Source: Dehalococcoidia bacterium
Lineage (GTDB): Bacteria > Chloroflexota > Dehalococcoidia > DSTF01 > JACRBR01
DNA: 33,044 nucleotides
Assembly: GCA_041494685.1 (NCBI GenBank)
Contig: JBGQBE010000038.1
Span: forward strand, 1 to 33,044
Direction of reading: 5' to 3'
In this document: piece after piece, positions 25,240-33,044 of the stretch
Position numbering within the stretch: position 1 is the stretch's first letter
Layout: each line of letters starts with the position of its first letter
Position numbers and translations under genes: made by a program
Notes under the pieces: generated by a model
What the model was told of the DNA's origin: nothing
Seen by the model: the letters and a program-made list of their open reading frames with translations, nothing else
The model's database searches: none

Positions 25240-26367
25240 ATGAAATCTCCGATCCTCGTACGCCTCGCAGTTCTCGTCGTGGTTATGGTGGGCGTCGCGG
25301 CGGGTGCGGTCACGGGTTTGCTGTTCGTCACCCGTAGCAAGACCGCCCAGTCCGCCGTCATCGTCCTGCAAAAGGCGCAGGCTGTGCAGTCGGAGACGCT
25401 GGCGGTGCTCGGCCCCAACACGACGCTCCACGGTATCGGCACGGATTACCGTGAACAACCCGACGCGGGAGGGCTGCCCAATACCACCGTCAGTGAATCG
25501 TTCTGGACGTTCGACGCTGCGGGAAAGCTGAGTGCCTATTCGAACGCGGTCAGGGGCACGGACGGGCACGTGTACCATCACATCGACATGGTGGGCGGCG
25601 TAAACGTGTACACGGACGTAAAATCCGGCCGGACAACCGCAGAGCCCGGCTTCGACGCGGCCACGGCCGACTCCCTGCGCGCCGTCCAGAGCCGCGTCAT
25701 CACGGCGTTGCTGGCGCGCGTCACGCCGTCGGTCATGACGAAGGCCGCCACGGTCAACGGCGCCGCCGTCTTCATTATCGATACGCCCGACGGGCACGGC
25801 GGCACGAACCGCGACTACATCAGGCAGAGCGATTACTGGCCCGTGCGGTCGGAAGAACTGGCCCCGGACGGGCACATCACCTCGTACACAACACAAACGG
25901 TGCTGGAGGTGCTCAGCAACGGCCCGAGCATCGCGGTAGGAGCGCCGTCGCTGGTGAGCGGCAACGTCAATGTCCCCATTATGACCACGGGAGCCGTCGC
26001 CAACGCGTACAGCGGCGTCAACGTCCACTTGCGGTGGAACCCTGCCGTGTTCTCCTTTAGCTCCGCCAACGCCAGCGGCAGTGTCCTCAGTAGTCCCATC
26101 TGTCCGTCCGCCGCCGACAGCGACGGCGGCGGTGTGACGGTGGGCTGCGTTACCGTAGGGAGCGCGACCACGGCCGTCTCCGGGCTCGTGCTCACCATCA
26201 TCCTGACGCCGAAGACGGGTTGCTCCGCGTTGCACCTGTTCACGTTTGCAGGCGCGGACGGTGGCGATCAGCACGATCGATTCGGTGAACACGCGCCCGC
26301 AATTCAACGCGTACGTGGACGGTACAGCGAATGTGAGCGGACAGAAATGTTAAAATACACACCGTAA
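25240..26367 (+). CDS. N-terminally anchored protein with C-terminal cohesin-like domain; possible frameshift near 26269
   Basis: TM helix; beta-rich middle domain; VNVPIM...YSGVNVHLRWNPAVFSF...VTVGC...VLTIILT cohesin-like pattern. Confidence 0.7.
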   Translation: MKSPILVRLAVLVVVMVGVAAGAVTGLLFVTRSKTAQSAVIVLQKAQAVQSETLAVLGPNTTLHGIGTDYREQPDAGGLPNTTVSESFWTFDAAGKLSAYSNAVRGTDGHVYHHIDMVGGVNVYTDVKSGRTTAEPGFDAATADSLRAVQSRVITALLARVTPSVMTKAATVNGAAVFIIDTPDGHGGTNRDYIRQSDYWPVRSEELAPDGHITSYTTQTVLEVLSNGPSIAVGAPSLVSGNVNVPIMTTGAVANAYSGVNVHLRWNPAVFSFSSANASGSVLSSPICPSAADSDGGGVTVGCVTVGSATTAVSGLVLTIILTPKTGCSALHLFTFAGADGGDQHDRFGEHAPAIQRVRGRYSECERTEMLKYTP

Positions 26368-26377
26368 AGAGGAATCC

Positions 26378-26869
26378 ATGCGTCTACTACTGTGTTCCGT
26401 CGTTCTCGCCTACGCGCTCGCGGCCTGCGGCGGAAAGAGCGCGACCATGCAGGCCACCGGGATGTTCACCTGCCCGAGCCCTCCGATACCGGCGGAGGCA
26501 GTGACTAGTTGTCAAAGCCGGTATGCTCGCGTGAACCGACTGACGTTGACGGTGCCGCAGCGGGGCGGGAGTGTGACAGGGGACGGGGCTATCGATGGCG
26601 CCTTGGGTGGCGCGAACGACCCAGCGCAACCTGACCCAGCCACGTGCATACACGGACTGCAATGGGTCATCAAAGTCACCGGCACTTACGACGAATCATC
26701 CCACACGATTACGGGCACGTTCAGTGAAGATACGACGCCTACCGCCGGGACGTGTCTGTCGGCGCTCGGACACGCGGCGCACTACGATCGGCCGTTCCGG
26801 GCAACGCTCGACGGAAACAAGATCACAGGCGAGGCCGCCATCCTGTTCTTCGAGGCAACCCTGCGGTAA
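26378..26869 (+). CDS. Putative lipoprotein
   Basis: Lipobox LAAC-GG; GAGGA SD. Confidence 0.8.
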   Translation: MRLLLCSVVLAYALAACGGKSATMQATGMFTCPSPPIPAEAVTSCQSRYARVNRLTLTVPQRGGSVTGDGAIDGALGGANDPAQPDPATCIHGLQWVIKVTGTYDESSHTITGTFSEDTTPTAGTCLSALGHAAHYDRPFRATLDGNKITGEAAILFFEATLR

Positions 26870-26934
26870 CGAACATTTTTCGTGCGTCTGCGCGTTGCCC
26901 GAACGGACGGCACCGGAGCATCTAAGGGGGTGAC

Positions 26935-27984
26935 ATGTTGAAATACGCTTGGCTGACCGTCATAGCGGGCATGGCCCTTGGGGCGGCGAGCATCGTACTG
27001 GGTGCGAGAGCGCTTCGCGCGGATACAGCGCCATCTGTGGCGGTGAACCCGGCGACGGTGACCGGGTTGTACTACCGGCCAACGCCCATCACCATCACGA
27101 TCAACGCATCGGGATTGAGCGGCGCCGGGCTGACGCCAGTGGGCGGCTACCAGTACGGCTTGCAGTGGGACCCGGCGGTGCTGCAATGGCTGTCGGGTCC
27201 TGACGTAGGCCCCGGCACACCAACGCCGCAGCCCGTGTTGCCGGGGAGCTCGGAGATGGTAAGTACCTGGACGACGCCTACCGCAACCCCGAGCGGGTTT
27301 GTACCGCCAGACACGTTGACACCGACGAACACGCCGGGAGCGGGGACGCCCACATCTTCGCCGACGCTGACGCCGACGCCGAGCGGTTACATTCAGGTGG
27401 CGTGCGCGACGTTCCCCGGAGCGCCGACGCCGGTGGCGTCGGGCGTCCTGGGGACGTTCACGTTCCAGCCGCTGGCGACGGCGCAGGCATCGAGCGCACT
27501 GAATCTGCTGAAGGTCATACTGGTGAACTCAGCGGGCGAGCTAGTGACGCCGGGCCCGGCAGTCAGCTCTGGCGTCGTGAACTTGTTAGCCTGCCTCTCC
27601 GTCTACAACCCACCCCAGACCAACACCGACGGCAACAACGCGGCGATGAATCGCGCGGGGTACGACAATATCCTTGACGCGTGCGACGACAACATCTCTG
27701 GCGACGGATACACGAATGAGCAGCATACCGCGCTGGGCAAAGACCCAGCGCGGTATTGCTCCATCATGCGTGCCGATGTCAACGGCGACGGAGCAGTCGG
27801 CACCCCAGATCTGGCCCGCGTAGGGAAGAACTTCGGCCAGGTTTTCACGCACGACTATTACCCGCCAGGAGGCGTTGACACCGGCATTCAGCGACTCGAC
27901 CAGAACGGCGACAATGGGATCGGCACGCCAGACATGGCTTTCGTCGGGAGATACTTCGGCCAGGGTGTAGCGACGTGTCCGTAA
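26935..27984 (+). CDS. Secreted cohesin-like + dockerin-like protein
   Basis: Signal peptide; GGYQYGLQWDPAVL...LGTFTFQ cohesin-like domain with Pro/Thr insert; paired loops DVNGDGAVGTPD and DQNGDNGIGTPD. Confidence 0.82.
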   Translation: MLKYAWLTVIAGMALGAASIVLGARALRADTAPSVAVNPATVTGLYYRPTPITITINASGLSGAGLTPVGGYQYGLQWDPAVLQWLSGPDVGPGTPTPQPVLPGSSEMVSTWTTPTATPSGFVPPDTLTPTNTPGAGTPTSSPTLTPTPSGYIQVACATFPGAPTPVASGVLGTFTFQPLATAQASSALNLLKVILVNSAGELVTPGPAVSSGVVNLLACLSVYNPPQTNTDGNNAAMNRAGYDNILDACDDNISGDGYTNEQHTALGKDPARYCSIMRADVNGDGAVGTPDLARVGKNFGQVFTHDYYPPGGVDTGIQRLDQNGDNGIGTPDMAFVGRYFGQGVATCP

Positions 27985-28260
27985 GCGTCTGCGCCTTGTG
28001 AAGCTCTGCGCCCCCAGCGCGGTGACCAACCGGCAAGACCAACGCTCACGCCGATCGCAACACCCTGCCCCGGCGGTGTCTGCCCAACCAGTACCCGTCC
28101 ACCCTCCGTGGGTGGCATCGCCGAATCGCCGTCCTTGCCGCTGGATGCAGCCGGGACGACGGGTCGCCATCACACGCTGGAGTTCGTGATTGCCGGCGTC
28201 GGGGCGCTCGTCCTCGTTGCGGTTGGAGGCTTGATCGTGCGGCGCAGGCTGCCTGACTAA
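27985..28260 (+). pseudogene. Orphan C-terminal anchor reading frame (Pro/Thr linker-SVGGIAESP-TM-RRR), not in the ORF track
   Basis: Stop-free 91 codons ending PSVGGIAESPSLP...FVIAGVGALVLVAVGGLIVRRRLPD*. Confidence 0.75.
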
Positions 28261-28309
28261 TATCGTTGCACGCCGACTCCGGTGTCACCTGTCATCGACG
28301 CGCGCAACG

Positions 28310-28657
28310 GTGAGCCTGAGTGCGCCCAGAACGATGACCAGCGCGGGCGCTGCGGACGCGCATGCTGTGCCAGGCGCGGGGGCGTGCGGTGCGCTCTGGC
28401 GTGGTGGACTGTGGCTCCCCGGATTGGTGCCCCAGAGCGTGCTGCGGGACGTGTTTCAGGTTCGACTCTCAAGTCTAGCACGCGCGGCAGTTGCGACCAC
28501 GAGGGGGCGCGTTCGCGCGGGAGCCGAGGCCGTGGCTTCCGAATGGCACCGGTTGATTCATGAGGGGACCGTCGAAAATCGCGCGGCCCTTGCGCGCCGA
28601 CAAGGTGTTTCGCGAGCCCGCGTGACGCAGGTCCTTGGAACGGCTAACTCTGCTTAG
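28310..28657 (+). CDS. Small HTH protein or remnant, MGE-associated type; start uncertain
   Basis: NRAALARRQGVSRARVTQVL helix-turn-helix. Confidence 0.45.
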   Translation: MSLSAPRTMTSAGAADAHAVPGAGACGALWRGGLWLPGLVPQSVLRDVFQVRLSSLARAAVATTRGRVRAGAEAVASEWHRLIHEGTVENRAALARRQGVSRARVTQVLGTANSA

Positions 28658-30266
28658 CGCGCTCCAATCGCTCAAGCAGCTGCACCACTCGGTGATCGCT
28701 GTGTCTACTGAGCATTCTGGCATCCCACGACACAAACCGCCGGTGCGTCGAGATCCTCACCCGCCCTCTGCTGACCTCGATCAGATCCGTCACCGGCACT
28801 GGATCGAGCGCGGTGCTAAACGGGGCTCGTAAGCGGGCAAGAGCCTGTTCTAAGCTCTGCGGCTGGTAATACCCCTCATCTACGAGGCCTCCGCGCGCAC
28901 GCATGCTGCCGCGATCAACGTACCCGTCGCCTGTTTCATATAGGCCGAGGACGAGGCGAAGAAACAAACGGAACGGTGCCAACGTCAGCCGTATCAGTCT
29001 TCCGTCCACCTCGACAACGTTCTGGCTGCCTCGCTCGACTCGCCCGGTGATGTGAATGTTGACGCGAACCAGTGCTCCCGCGCCGGCCAATTCACGTTCT
29101 TCGGTTCTCGTCAACACGATCGCCTTCGGTCGAGTGTCTGGTTCGATCGGCGCCGACGCTCGGAAACCAGCAGCGGCCCGTCTCTCGAGCGCTGCCACGC
29201 AGTCAAAGTGCACCACGCTTCGCTCTCCCCACGCATAGACACCGACACGAGCGCCCATAAGTGGCTGCTCCAACATCTGATCGAAGATCTCAATACCATC
29301 TACCGACATCGAGATCCTCAGCCCATCGAGCCGGACGGAGACCGCATAGGGTGTGAGTGTTCGAAGATTCGCCTTCGATCCTGTCATAGGCCGGGAAGAC
29401 CAGCGGTTCGCCAGCGGCATGTAGTACGAGATGGCGTACGCAGACCCGTGCGCTCCTAGCTCTGCGATCACATACGGAGCGTGTGCAGCGAAGAAACCGA
29501 TCACCAGGCCGGCAGCGGTGTCTTCCAAATGATCAAATGTGATTTGGCCGTTGAAGTCGCCCTCGGCGAGCGATAGATCACAGATGGCGAGACCGTACGG
29601 CAAGGTTTGGTCAGGACTTGGACCGAGATAGTCCAACGATCTGTCGCCACCTCCGTCTTCGATCGGAAGACGCCAGCGTCCGGAAATGGCGGCCCACCGT
29701 GTCGGTGTTTGCATCCGCGGCGGGAACTGTGGTTCATCGGTTCGGAGACGCTCTCGGGCGCTCGCGAATGTGCTCGCCATCGTTGCCCCCGCGGTCACGG
29801 CAGCAACGCGAGCCTCGAATTCCGCATCACGGTCTTGCCTCTCCTGCTGCAACTCAATGATCGCCGCGTCGGCAGTCGCAAATAATTCGGTCCACACCTG
29901 TGGAAGAGGTAAGGCCACGTCGGCGCCGATTCGTAACAGCTCTTCACTCGCGCGCGCTTTGAACGGGCCGATGAGCCGCGTCACCGACTCCCAGTCAACC
30001 TCATCCCCAGATTCGTACAGGTTTGGATATGAAGCGGTGAACGTCGTCAGCGCCGCCGACAATTCGGGGAAGGGCAGTGCAAGTGGCTCCGCCAATTGAC
30101 GTAGGAGAAGGTAGAACCGATTGGCAGGCTCACTTTGAACGTTGAGAAGGCCATTGAATTGTACGCCGAGGATCGCAGTGAGACGCAGCACGATTGCGTT
30201 GAGCACTTTGAGACGGAGAGCGATGTCGTCTCTCTCTGACGCTGAAAGGGCAGCATTATCTGCCAA
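28644..30266 (-). CDS. Multidomain hypothetical protein (helical N-term, ConA/DUF1080-like beta sandwich, C-terminal winged-helix-like)
   Basis: AGGAG SD + TTG; ISGRW...VSVRLDGLRISMSVDG...GARVGVYAW; LTLAPFRLF...EQALARLR...LIEVSRGRVRI. Confidence 0.7.
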   Translation of the reverse strand: MADNAALSASERDDIALRLKVLNAIVLRLTAILGVQFNGLLNVQSEPANRFYLLLRQLAEPLALPFPELSAALTTFTASYPNLYESGDEVDWESVTRLIGPFKARASEELLRIGADVALPLPQVWTELFATADAAIIELQQERQDRDAEFEARVAAVTAGATMASTFASARERLRTDEPQFPPRMQTPTRWAAISGRWRLPIEDGGGDRSLDYLGPSPDQTLPYGLAICDLSLAEGDFNGQITFDHLEDTAAGLVIGFFAAHAPYVIAELGAHGSAYAISYYMPLANRWSSRPMTGSKANLRTLTPYAVSVRLDGLRISMSVDGIEIFDQMLEQPLMGARVGVYAWGERSVVHFDCVAALERRAAAGFRASAPIEPDTRPKAIVLTRTEERELAGAGALVRVNIHITGRVERGSQNVVEVDGRLIRLTLAPFRLFLRLVLGLYETGDGYVDRGSMRARGGLVDEGYYQPQSLEQALARLRAPFSTALDPVPVTDLIEVSRGRVRISTHRRFVSWDARMLSRHSDHRVVQLLERLERAKQS

Positions 30267-30357
30267 CGCTGGGCTCCTGCGAGATCATTGCGACCTTGTC
30301 CGGTGGGCGCGACACACCGAGAGTGTACGGCGTATCGGACCTTCGGCAGGCCGACGG

Positions 30358-31284
30358 TCACACGCCGATCGCCGCGGCCACCTTCCCCCAACTCGCGTCA
30401 GCCTCGCCCTCCAGCCGCCGGAGGTAGATCGACGTGACCTGCAGCGATGAATGGTCGAGGAATCGGGAGACGTTCTCGATCGACTCGCCCGCATCGCGGC
30501 GGAGCTTGGCGGCCGAGTGCCGGAAGATGTGCACGCCGGCCAGGGGCAGGTTGGCCGCCTTCAGGTAGCGGCGCAGGTTCCCGTAGAACGTCCCCGACGT
30601 GACGCCCCTGGCGCCGGCGCTGGACGGCCACAACGACGCATCCGGGGACATGGTCGCGATATCCCGCCCGAAGGCCGACAGGGCCGCCGTGAGCGCCACG
30701 TACGCGGGCTGTGGCAGCTCCCGCTTGCCCTGCTTGTTCCCCTTTCCCCGGTAGCGATACCAGATCCGGTCGTCCTCCTGCGTGAGGTCGCCTGCGACCA
30801 TGTTCAGCACCTCGGCCCTTCGCCGGCCGGTGAGCGTCAGCGTGAGGATGATGGCCCGGTCCCGCAGGCCGACCGGCGTTCCGGGGATCACGGCGAGCAG
30901 CTTGCGGATGTCGTCGGCAGTCAGGCCACGCGGCGGCGCAACCTGGACGCGCGGGCGTTCGAGCGCGTCGCAGGGGTTGGACGAGACGATGTCCATGCGG
31001 ATCAGGAAGCGGTAGAAGCTACTGAGGCAGGCGAGGCGGGCGCCGATGGTGACGGACGATGGCTGCTTGCCGGAGAGCCCGACGCCGTACCCCCAGGCGA
31101 AGACCTCCGGGCTGGTGACGCAGTCCGGCGGCTTGCCGACGCTGGCGAAGAAGTGCTGCAGCATGCGGCTGTAGCCCTCGACGGTGCGACGGCTGCCGGA
31201 TCGGCGCTCCTTCTCAGCGAGGAACGCGTAGAGGCTCCGCTCCCAGCCCTCGGCCGTGTTGTCGAACGTCGTGATCGTCTGCAT
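30358..31284 (-). CDS. Tyrosine recombinase/integrase
   Basis: RDRAI...TGRRRAEV, GKGNK, HIFRH, LDHSS..VTSIY: full R-K-H-R-H-Y set; SAM-like N-terminal domain. Confidence 0.95.
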   Translation of the reverse strand: MQTITTFDNTAEGWERSLYAFLAEKERRSGSRRTVEGYSRMLQHFFASVGKPPDCVTSPEVFAWGYGVGLSGKQPSSVTIGARLACLSSFYRFLIRMDIVSSNPCDALERPRVQVAPPRGLTADDIRKLLAVIPGTPVGLRDRAIILTLTLTGRRRAEVLNMVAGDLTQEDDRIWYRYRGKGNKQGKRELPQPAYVALTAALSAFGRDIATMSPDASLWPSSAGARGVTSGTFYGNLRRYLKAANLPLAGVHIFRHSAAKLRRDAGESIENVSRFLDHSSLQVTSIYLRRLEGEADASWGKVAAAIGV

Positions 31285-31351
31285 GGCGATGCCCCCTCCC
31301 GGAAGGCGTCACCATGATTGCGTTGTGTGCGACGAAGTCAAGCGCGGCTAC

Positions 31352-32305
31352 CTAGAGAAGGTCGGCGAGCAACAGATAAGTGCGAACGATGATCCGCTCA
31401 GCCTCGTCTCGCGTGACGACGGCGTGGATACCTTTGTTCGATTGGCGGTAGATCGAATCGATTCGGTTTCCTAGATCTGCAAGCTCGGAGTTGATCGCTC
31501 CACGCCCACTCTCTGATTGGACGTGCTCCTTCGCATAGGCCCACAGGCGATTCACGTACTCTTCAGTACCGACTGAGCGGCCGTCGACCAACTCGACTCT
31601 AGGTGGATAAACAGCGTCCGCGAAGTCGAGCAGAATTCGACGCACTGCAGTGCAAGCGTTGGTCCAATTCTCCGCCGACTGTCCGTTCAATTCCTCGTAC
31701 GCGATGGCGAACTTCTCCAGCGTCGACGGCGACACGCTGGTCAGAGCTTTCTCCACTTTCTCACGGGTCCGGTCGATGACCCCTTCCGGGACTGATTCAA
31801 AGAGGAGGCGGTTTACGACAGTGCTGGCATACCTGTACAGCCGATTCTTCACGCGCTCTAACACAATCTCGTTTTCCTCGACGGAGCGAGTAAACTCCGC
31901 TTCGGAGGCGCTGTAGGTTATCTTCTTCCGCGCTGAGGTCACCAGCGTCTCGGCTCTAGGCACAGACCCAACAGCTGTCGTGTACTGGATCTCGCCCCCC
32001 TTCTCGATCAGTGCCGCAATCGGCGTGCCTTCGCCCTGTAGGTCTTGCAGATAACGAAAGATTCCCGACGCCTTCGCGTCCCGGTTGTTGACGACGTATC
32101 TGAGGTCTGCGCTCAGATCGTCGCCGGTGCGCGCCGGCTGGAGCGCTCGCTCAGCGTAGGCCATCATGAAAGGATCGGAAATGACAGAGGCGAGTCGCTC
32201 AGCCTGACGCAAGCTCGTAACCACCAGCCCCCCCTTTTCGAGTCCTTGGAGAATGGCGCGAGCCAGTGTCAATCCCTCTTGAGTTCTCGATGTCGAAGCA
32301 GCCAA
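31352..32305 (-). CDS. AbiTii-like protein with C-terminal HEPN-like domain (putative anti-phage)
   Basis: SLRQAERLA N-terminus; ENWTNACTAVRRILLDFADAVYP...YVNRL...SNKGIH...YLLLADLL; GAGGTG SD + TTG. Confidence 0.7.
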   Translation of the reverse strand: MAASTSRTQEGLTLARAILQGLEKGGLVVTSLRQAERLASVISDPFMMAYAERALQPARTGDDLSADLRYVVNNRDAKASGIFRYLQDLQGEGTPIAALIEKGGEIQYTTAVGSVPRAETLVTSARKKITYSASEAEFTRSVEENEIVLERVKNRLYRYASTVVNRLLFESVPEGVIDRTREKVEKALTSVSPSTLEKFAIAYEELNGQSAENWTNACTAVRRILLDFADAVYPPRVELVDGRSVGTEEYVNRLWAYAKEHVQSESGRGAINSELADLGNRIDSIYRQSNKGIHAVVTRDEAERIIVRTYLLLADLL

Positions 32306-32494
32306 GCGCCGTCACCTCGTTGCCATGGGATAGGCGATCGTAACTCATGGGCTGAGTAACTCACAGCAGCTGCCCTTTCCGAGGTCAGACACGCCCGCGG
32401 GAACGTCCGACACGATATTCGCGTCGTGTCGGTGATCGTCTGAGCGCCTCGTGTGCCCAGCCAAAGCAGTTTCACAAACCCGCGAGCAAGGCCG

Positions 32495-32911
32495 TCACTC
32501 ATCCGTGGGTCGTGACTGCTCAATGATCCGATGCGCGGTCTCGTCCGTTGCGATCAACGTCCGTGTAGGCTTTCGGCCCGGCAGAGCAATTTCCATGGCG
32601 CAGTCGGCGTAGCTGTCCTGGCCGCCATCCGCCTTGACTCTCACGACCGGCCCCTGGGCGTCGTACAGGAGCCCACGAATGTCCAAGGCAGAGCCATCCA
32701 TTTCCACTTGGAGATCGTCCAATGGAGTTGAGCCACTGCGTTTGATCTTCCCGTTCGGAGATCGTTCAACTCGGAGCATCTCCTCATCGGTGCGGAGGCT
32801 CGTGAAGCGGATGACTGCGCCCTTCGAGAAGTGTTTCAGGTGCATCGAAACGACTGCCTTTACACACTTTGAGCGGCCAGCATGTCCAATGGGCCAAGCG
32901 GGTCTTCTCAC
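32495..32911 (-). CDS. Hypothetical protein (start uncertain)
   Basis: 138-aa ORF co-oriented with the Abi-like and integrase genes; no recognised motif. Confidence 0.4.
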   Translation of the reverse strand: MRRPAWPIGHAGRSKCVKAVVSMHLKHFSKGAVIRFTSLRTDEEMLRVERSPNGKIKRSGSTPLDDLQVEMDGSALDIRGLLYDAQGPVVRVKADGGQDSYADCAMEIALPGRKPTRTLIATDETAHRIIEQSRPTDE

Positions 32912-32913
32912 AG

Positions 32914-33034
32914 GTTACCATCGCGGGCTAGCTGTAGTTCCCACCAAGGTTGTTGACACAAAGAGAGTGCTCGAGTCGGCTGTGGGTGTTGAAAGCCTGC
33001 AGTCGAAAGGAGCACTCTCTTGGCACATGGTAAC
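32914..33034 (+). other. Nested inverted repeats, candidate structured RNA
   Basis: gttaccat/atggtaac outer stem; aagagagtgctc/gagcactctctt 12-bp stem; inner 12-bp stem with G-U pairs. Confidence 0.55.
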
Positions 33035-33044
33035 GCGCGGCTGA

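Noticed and set aside
23183..27984. True cellulosome
   Set aside because: No recognisable glycoside hydrolase, CBM or multi-cohesin scaffoldin in the cluster
32961..33021. CIRCE operator or integron attC site
   Set aside because: The GAGTGC/GCACTC arms are in the reverse order and far more than 9 nt apart; the GTT...AAC order is opposite to attC; the integrase shows no evident IntI-specific insertion

Overview
High-GC bacterial DNA. Gene content ([17 protein letters not shown] LuxR, dockerin-like surface proteins, DUF433/DUF5615 pair, long NorD-like vWA protein) suggests Chloroflexota, Dehalococcoidia-like; this is an inference. 1-22.8 kb is mostly backbone: NorD/CbbO-like vWA protein, DUF433-DUF5615 TA pair, HD protein, clpP, TPP riboswitch plus CytX-like permease, HpcH aldolase, thiolase, a patatin-fragment/ABC/GDPD operon, an sAC-like double cyclase-NTPase-TPR protein and a GMC oxidoreductase. 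A lower-GC three-gene TA islet (5447-6499) lies between two copies of the HD gene 3' end that differ only at synonymous sites, each followed by a GTAG-type REP. From about 22.8 kb the DNA looks accessory. It holds a cluster of secreted cohesin-like and dockerin-like proteins with no recognisable glycoside hydrolases, and an unannotated SVGGxAExP-TM-RRR anchor tail in frame after a stop codon. It then holds a tyrosine integrase, an AbiTii/HEPN-like gene and a large nested hairpin at the window edge. Several small frameshifts may be sequencing errors. All family assignments are by motif recognition, not database searches.
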